From a virus (Duplodnaviria > Heunggongvirae > Uroviricota > Caudoviricetes): 64,000 bases of DNA. Positions 58,953 to 64,000 of the stretch are shown here, piece by piece (positions within the stretch are counted from its first letter, which is position 1; every line of letters begins with the position of its first letter). The notes beneath the pieces were generated by a model. That model was not told the DNA's origin. It searched no databases and worked only from the letters and a program-made list of their open reading frames with translations. Position numbers and translations under genes: made by a program. Location: the IMG/VR virus record IMGVR_UViG_3300026382_000001. The stretch is one strand, 5' to 3'.

Positions 58953-61900
58953 TTATCTTATTAATATATCTTCTTTTGGTCTAATTGCTGCAATTTGATA
59001 TTTAGAAGCACTTATTTGCTCACTGATTAAGTTTCTAAGATGTATATTTTGTATAGCGTTATCTGAACTCATCTGTATTCTTTCTTTTTTACTTAGTTCG
59101 GTATGGGCTTCGATATATTTTAATATTATACTACTATTAGCTCCTAAAGAGTGTTCCAATATTTTATTTAATTCTTTTTGTAAATTATCAAATTCTTTTT
59201 CTCTACCTTTTCTATCTGCTTTATCTATGTAATCGCTTTTATCTTTATTTAATTTATCTAATAAACTTTCCGCTCGTTTTCGCAGTTTATCATCTTTTAT
59301 ATATTGTAATTCTTTTTTTAGATCGGTTACTTTTAATAATTCTACATGTCTTAATTTATTAGCATACTTTAGGTCTTGTTTTAGTTGTTCGTTTCTTATT
59401 CTGGCTTCCCGAGATACTCCCATACCACCTACAGCATTTGATTGACCATTAGTATTTTTAACCGAATAATTATTTTTACTACCAATATGTAAAAATTTTG
59501 CTAGTTTTGGATATTCAGCCGCAAAATCATCGGCTATTTTATCATAATTTAATGTTAATAACCCAGCTCCGGCCATTATTAAACCACCGACTATTCTTGC
59601 TCCAGGTATTGGTAAAAACATAACAGCCCTACCAAACATTCCAACTAAAGCAGCGTTTGAATAATCGTCAATATCGGTGCTAAAACTTACTTTATCTGTG
59701 ATTGCTTTTGTCCATCCAGTTAAGGTATTGATACCTTTTTTAACAGTTTCATCATCTTTATAATTATATGCTAAATAACCAAGTGCAGCCGCTGCTCCAA
59801 GAGCAGTACCCATTTTTTTATGAGATACTACGAAGGAAAATAAACTTTTAACTGCCATTTTGGTTAAATTACCTGCTAATTTTCCAGCCCCAAATAAGGA
59901 ACCAAACATTAATCCATATTTAGATACTAAACCTTTATACTGTGACCAACCACTTTTAACCATTCCCATTTTATTTTGATTATTATTAATATCGTTCTCA
60001 TTAATATCATCTTTTTTATTTTTATTATTTTCAGCAATGGCTTCAAAAGCTTCTAGCATTTTAGATTTATACTTTTCATCTTTTTCTTTTTCTTGGCTAG
60101 CTCCAATTGAATTACTAGAAACATCACTAAATTTTAACGAACTTTGTTCATAACTATTTACTAATTTTTTCTTTAATCCTAAGATTTCTTCATCTCTTCT
60201 AACTAAATATTCTTTTTCATTTTTAGGATCATTTTCAATAGCTAATTTATACTGTTCATATATACTAGAACTATCTTCGTTAAATTTATCTTTAAATGAA
60301 TTTTGTACACCAACTTCGTCGGTTACTTGTCCATTTATAGCATCGTATACTCCAAAAGATTTTTTCTTTATTTTAGATAAATCACAATTCCAACATTCAA
60401 GCATTTGTCTAAGTAATTGATTACGTTCTTCATCTAAAGAAATATTTTCTAAGAAAAGACTAGGAAATTGTAAAGATAAAAAATCATCATTATTTATTTC
60501 GTTACTTTCTGATAATGCCAAACTTTCCACTATTTGTGGACCTTTTACATTATCCAAATCTTCTTTTCTTTTTTTCCTACCTTTTCCTGCCATAATTTCA
60601 GCTGCTATAACATTTAAGATTGGTACATTACCTAATCCCATTACGGCAGAATCTTTTAATTTATCAAACCAACTATCATGATTTAAGGAGTCGTAGTTTT
60701 TTTGAGTTTGATTGAAAAAACTAGAACCAGTTTCGGATTTACTTTTTTCTTCTAATCGTAATCTTAATAAGTTTTGTAATAAGCTTGCGCTAAAAGATTG
60801 AACTGCTAATTGTTTGCCTTCTATAGTATCGGACATTTTCATAACTTGGGAAATATCCATTTCGGCTACTTGTACCATAGACGATGGTACATTTATATTA
60901 GAAGCCGTTTGAGCAATCGCATCGTCTTTCTTAGATTCTTCATCTAATCCATACAAAGCTTTAATATTTTTAGTACTTGAATTCCCTAATAACCCTCCGG
61001 TTAATATTTTTAACGGGTTCCAAGCTTCGAAAAAAGCATTTGTATCAGTACTAGCATTTTGTAAAAATTCGGTAGTATCATGATATATATCTGAAAGTCT
61101 GTCCCCAGTTCTTTCAGCGTACCCCTTTTTTTCTTTTTTAATATAACTATTTTTAGTACTAAAACCATTTTCATCATAAGCAAATTCATTAAATAAATCG
61201 CCTATTTCATTATGTGTTCCAAATATATCTTCTTTTTTATTAAGTTTTGAATGTTCCTCATCATTTAAAATGTCGTAAATAGCATTTAAAAATAATAAAT
61301 GTTTATCCATACTTTGGTAATAACCAAGAGCCAATGATTCAAATGGGCTTAATTGTCCAGTTACGGTTAGTAAATTTACTTGAGCAGCTACTGATTTCAT
61401 AGTATCGTATTTCGTAACGTCTCTATCAGTACTCGCTGGTCTTCCTAAATCTCCTATTTTATAATTATATTTTTTAGTATCTTTTGCTTGAGCAGAGGAT
61501 TTAATACTTTTCATAAGTTTATTTCCACCCGCAGACGCTAACATATATGTTAACATTCCCGTTAGCGATCCACCCATACCAGTCATATCATGAATACCAC
61601 CACCCATGTCAGTAAGGCCTTTTCCAAGTCCTTCAAAACCAAAATGAGATGCCATTCCACCAAGACCCTGAACAGAACTTCCTAAAAGAGCTGCTTGATG
61701 AGTTTTTTCATTCCCAAATATATTTCCAAAATAATTAGCACCTGCCATTTGAGAAGCTGCTAAATAGGCCATTGCACCAGGATTGCTTAATGCGCTGGAG
61801 GCTTTACCAGCTAACATCATAGTAGCTGGATCCATCATATTACCAGTAAGTGCTCCATAACCATATCCACCTGCCATACCACCCATAAAAGCACCTTTTG

Positions 61901-62288
61901 AACTTTTACCAGCGTTAAGCATTGAATCCAAAGCTTGTACTCCGGAAACTTTTCCACCTCTTTTTAAATCGATATTTCGAGAATTAGTATCCTTAATATC
62001 TTTCGTAGCTTGTTTTTGCATACCTCTATACATAATTGGAGCCATAGCCGCACCAATCGCAGAACCACCCATAGTAGCATAATCTGACCATTCCGCATTA
62101 CCAGTTACACCAGCTGCCAGATTTCCTACTGCTCCACCAGCCATAGGGGCCATCATACCACCGATAGTTCCTATTGGTCCAGTCTTTTGAGCAAGTTTAT
62201 CATATTTTTTACCTAAGTAACTTTTTGCGTGGTCCTCTTCTAAACGTTCGACGAGAGATTTATTATATTCTTGACTATTTGCACCCAT
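58953..62288 (-). CDS. tape measure-like protein
   Basis: 1111 aa; Gly/Ala/Met-rich helical segments; FLPIPGARIVGGLIMAGAG. Confidence 0.6.
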   Translation of the reverse strand: MGANSQEYNKSLVERLEEDHAKSYLGKKYDKLAQKTGPIGTIGGMMAPMAGGAVGNLAAGVTGNAEWSDYATMGGSAIGAAMAPIMYRGMQKQATKDIKDTNSRNIDLKRGGKVSGVQALDSMLNAGKSSKGAFMGGMAGGYGYGALTGNMMDPATMMLAGKASSALSNPGAMAYLAASQMAGANYFGNIFGNEKTHQAALLGSSVQGLGGMASHFGFEGLGKGLTDMGGGIHDMTGMGGSLTGMLTYMLASAGGNKLMKSIKSSAQAKDTKKYNYKIGDLGRPASTDRDVTKYDTMKSVAAQVNLLTVTGQLSPFESLALGYYQSMDKHLLFLNAIYDILNDEEHSKLNKKEDIFGTHNEIGDLFNEFAYDENGFSTKNSYIKKEKKGYAERTGDRLSDIYHDTTEFLQNASTDTNAFFEAWNPLKILTGGLLGNSSTKNIKALYGLDEESKKDDAIAQTASNINVPSSMVQVAEMDISQVMKMSDTIEGKQLAVQSFSASLLQNLLRLRLEEKSKSETGSSFFNQTQKNYDSLNHDSWFDKLKDSAVMGLGNVPILNVIAAEIMAGKGRKKRKEDLDNVKGPQIVESLALSESNEINNDDFLSLQFPSLFLENISLDEERNQLLRQMLECWNCDLSKIKKKSFGVYDAINGQVTDEVGVQNSFKDKFNEDSSSIYEQYKLAIENDPKNEKEYLVRRDEEILGLKKKLVNSYEQSSLKFSDVSSNSIGASQEKEKDEKYKSKMLEAFEAIAENNKNKKDDINENDINNNQNKMGMVKSGWSQYKGLVSKYGLMFGSLFGAGKLAGNLTKMAVKSLFSFVVSHKKMGTALGAAAALGYLAYNYKDDETVKKGINTLTGWTKAITDKVSFSTDIDDYSNAALVGMFGRAVMFLPIPGARIVGGLIMAGAGLLTLNYDKIADDFAAEYPKLAKFLHIGSKNNYSVKNTNGQSNAVGGMGVSREARIRNEQLKQDLKYANKLRHVELLKVTDLKKELQYIKDDKLRKRAESLLDKLNKDKSDYIDKADRKGREKEFDNLQKELNKILEHSLGANSSIILKYIEAHTELSKKERIQMSSDNAIQNIHLRNLISEQISASKYQIAAIRPKEDILIR

Positions 62289-62312
62289 AGAAGATTTCCT
62301 TTGTTTTTATTA

Positions 62313-62326
62313 TATTATCTTTTGTT
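62313..62326 (-). promoter_or_regulatory. variant AACA promoter-like box (AACAAAAGATAATA)
   Basis: upstream of the tape measure ATG; spacing differs by one from the other copies. Confidence 0.3.
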
Positions 62327-62369
62327 AAGTTATCTATAATTAGTCCTCTATATTTCTTCGGAATTTAAC

Positions 62370-62403
62370 GACAGGAAAATTCTAGAAGCATTGCTTCTAG
62401 AAT
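62370..62403 (-). terminator. hairpin + TTTCCTGTC element
   Basis: ATTCTAGAAGCA/TGCTTCTAGAAT stem after the stop at 62410. Confidence 0.8.
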
Positions 62404-62409
62404 AATTAA

Positions 62410-63318
62410 TTAAAGAGAGAAAGTATCAAACTCACCAACTTCTTCAATTTTTTCGCTGTACTCGAGATTAACCATTCCAATCGCTGAAATAGTTTTTACC
62501 CAAATATCATCACCGTTTTGATAAAATTCTATATAGAATTCGTCTGGTTTAGTAAATGCAAATGGATTAAAGATTTTAAAAACTTTAGTTTCAGTTCCTT
62601 CTGGAATTGTTACAAATTCTTGTTTAAAGATATCATCGGAAGTACTAATACTTACAATATTGAAAAAATTATCTAATTCAAATTTAAGATAATCTGATTC
62701 AACTGCTTTACTAGCATTTTGAATAGTTTCGACTAAATCAATTTCAAGTTCTCTTCTTAATTTTAATTCGCCCAGTTCTGGAGCTGTAATTTGAAGATTA
62801 TTTTGATTCTCTGCTTGTGGTAAGGTAATACTAGTACTTGGATTATCATTCACCAATGAAGTAATTAAATATCTAGAATTATTATTATCTTTAATAAACA
62901 TTACTTCATCACCACCTTTAATAAGGCCAAGTAATTTAGTATTTTTAACTGGATCAATAATATCTAAATCATGATTATCAAAAAAGATACTAAGATCAGC
63001 ATAAATATAACCAGCATTTTTTACTAAATTAAGATTACCTTCTCTAATATGAATAATATCTTGAGAAGTAGTTCCAGTACTTAGAAAAGAAAGAATTTTA
63101 ATAAGACCACCATAAAGAGCACTTTGAATTTTGCCAATTTGATAAACTTCGTTTGAACCTGGAGCACCTTGCTGTGTTGGAGCAACTGTTGTCTGAACTA
63201 CCGTTTCCGCTTTAAAATCGTTTAAAGAAGCTTGTGCAGGTTCTACTACTGTTCCAGCATCTCCTGGAGTAGGAGTTCCAGAAGATAATGCATTAATATC
63301 TAAATCTAAATTTTCCAT
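62410..63318 (-). CDS. hypothetical protein, possibly a sliding-clamp-like fold
   Basis: acidic; two apparent alpha/beta halves of clamp-like size after a disordered N-terminus; weak call. Confidence 0.3.
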   Translation of the reverse strand: MENLDLDINALSSGTPTPGDAGTVVEPAQASLNDFKAETVVQTTVAPTQQGAPGSNEVYQIGKIQSALYGGLIKILSFLSTGTTSQDIIHIREGNLNLVKNAGYIYADLSIFFDNHDLDIIDPVKNTKLLGLIKGGDEVMFIKDNNNSRYLITSLVNDNPSTSITLPQAENQNNLQITAPELGELKLRRELEIDLVETIQNASKAVESDYLKFELDNFFNIVSISTSDDIFKQEFVTIPEGTETKVFKIFNPFAFTKPDEFYIEFYQNGDDIWVKTISAIGMVNLEYSEKIEEVGEFDTFSL

Positions 63319-63674
63319 TATACTTCCTCCTCTAAACCTGGTAAAGGTGGATTCTTTTCTTTAGAATCTTCTTCTTTCATTCCATCGAGAACTTGTTCTT
63401 TATATTCATGGTATTTAGCAGATATTTCTGGAGTAAGATCTTTTTCTTCAAGTATTCCAAGAATATGTTTTTTAGAAATAATTTTTTCATCTTGAACGGT
63501 TCCAGTATAAATTGCTAAATAAGGCATCATTCCTAAACCACCTGACATTGGATCTAACATAAGACTCATTGGATACTCAATTGTAATTGTGTCGTCAGAT
63601 GTATTTGAAATCATTCCGATAATATTCTCTGAATTTACTAGTTGTAAAATTGCTAATGTTTTTAAATTTTGCAT
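63318..63674 (-). CDS. Sm-like fold protein of large myophages
   Basis: ILQLVNSENIIG...ITIEYP...MMPY...ISKKHIL...Y pattern. Confidence 0.5.
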   Translation of the reverse strand: MQNLKTLAILQLVNSENIIGMISNTSDDTITIEYPMSLMLDPMSGGLGMMPYLAIYTGTVQDEKIISKKHILGILEEKDLTPEISAKYHEYKEQVLDGMKEEDSKEKNPPLPGLEEEV

Positions 63675-63742
63675 GTGTTTCCTTTAAATTTATATATCTT
63701 AAAATATCTATATATCTTGGTATCGACCTAAAGTTATAAATA

Positions 63743-63988
63743 TTATGAATTAATTAAAATAGTATTTCCCTCGGCTTCTGAAAAACTGATAATTGGTAAT
63801 GAAATTCTTTTTCCTTTCATTTCCGGAAGATATTTATTTACGATTTCAGATGATTTAATACTATAAAATTCTATAAAAAAATCTACGAATGATTCATATT
63901 TACTTGAACCACCATGACTTTTAATAAACGTATTTAAATCATCTAATGTAATATTAGGATTAATTCTAATAAAATTCGGGGTGCTCAT
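63743..63988 (-). CDS. hypothetical protein
   Basis: 81-aa ORF. Confidence 0.5.
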   Translation of the reverse strand: MSTPNFIRINPNITLDDLNTFIKSHGGSSKYESFVDFFIEFYSIKSSEIVNKYLPEMKGKRISLPIISFSEAEGNTILINS

Positions 63989-64000
63989 AATAACTAAATT

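Noticed and set aside
1-64000. Stop-codon reassignment
   Set aside because: Genes are full length in the standard code; TAG and TGA end conserved proteins at the expected places (for example nrdA ends GGCTL-TAG; ATGA overlaps occur)
1-64000. tRNA/rRNA genes, integrase or transposase
   Set aside because: No cloverleaf-like or GC-rich structured intergenic stretch, and no recombinase or transposase motifs seen
1-64000. Assignment of the host to Campylobacterota
   Set aside because: AAGGA Shine-Dalgarno sites, low GC and gene content are compatible but not diagnostic

Overview
This is a very AT-rich segment of a large lytic tailed phage, probably a jumbo myophage. Almost all genes are on the minus strand, apart from a three-gene plus-strand island at 28.5-30.3 kb. 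The window holds: (i) T4-superfamily head and tail genes (gp21-like prohead protease, gp20-like portal, gp13-like neck, gp53-like LysM baseplate protein, tube-initiator-like protein, tape-measure-like protein, and a tail fibre with a C-terminal chaperone), plus a family of putative internal head proteins rich in [ILV]-x-E motifs; (ii) nucleotide metabolism genes (class Ia nrdA with a LAGLIDADG intein, nrdB, dUTPase); (iii) two ORFs that look like fragments of a split multisubunit RNA polymerase (beta N-terminal and beta-prime C-terminal); (iv) three free-standing homing-type endonucleases. The main candidate novel system is a ~20 kb enzyme locus directly downstream of the tail fibre gene. It has 11 intact and 1 degenerate radical SAM genes, 2 U32-like Fe-S proteins, 1 GT2 and 2 putative GT-B glycosyltransferases, a split transketolase and an NDP-sugar epimerase. 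It opens with a SPASM radical SAM gene next to a Ser/Thr/Asn-rich protein ending in a 7-Cys tail, which suggests RiPP-like and glycan modification of a virion protein. Non-coding DNA shows three recurring signals: hairpins followed by a fixed TTTCCTGTC motif, AACA-N6-TA promoter-like boxes, and a dispersed AATAGTTAACTATT palindrome family, one copy of which lies inside a CDS. All functional calls come from motif recognition by eye; no database searches were run.
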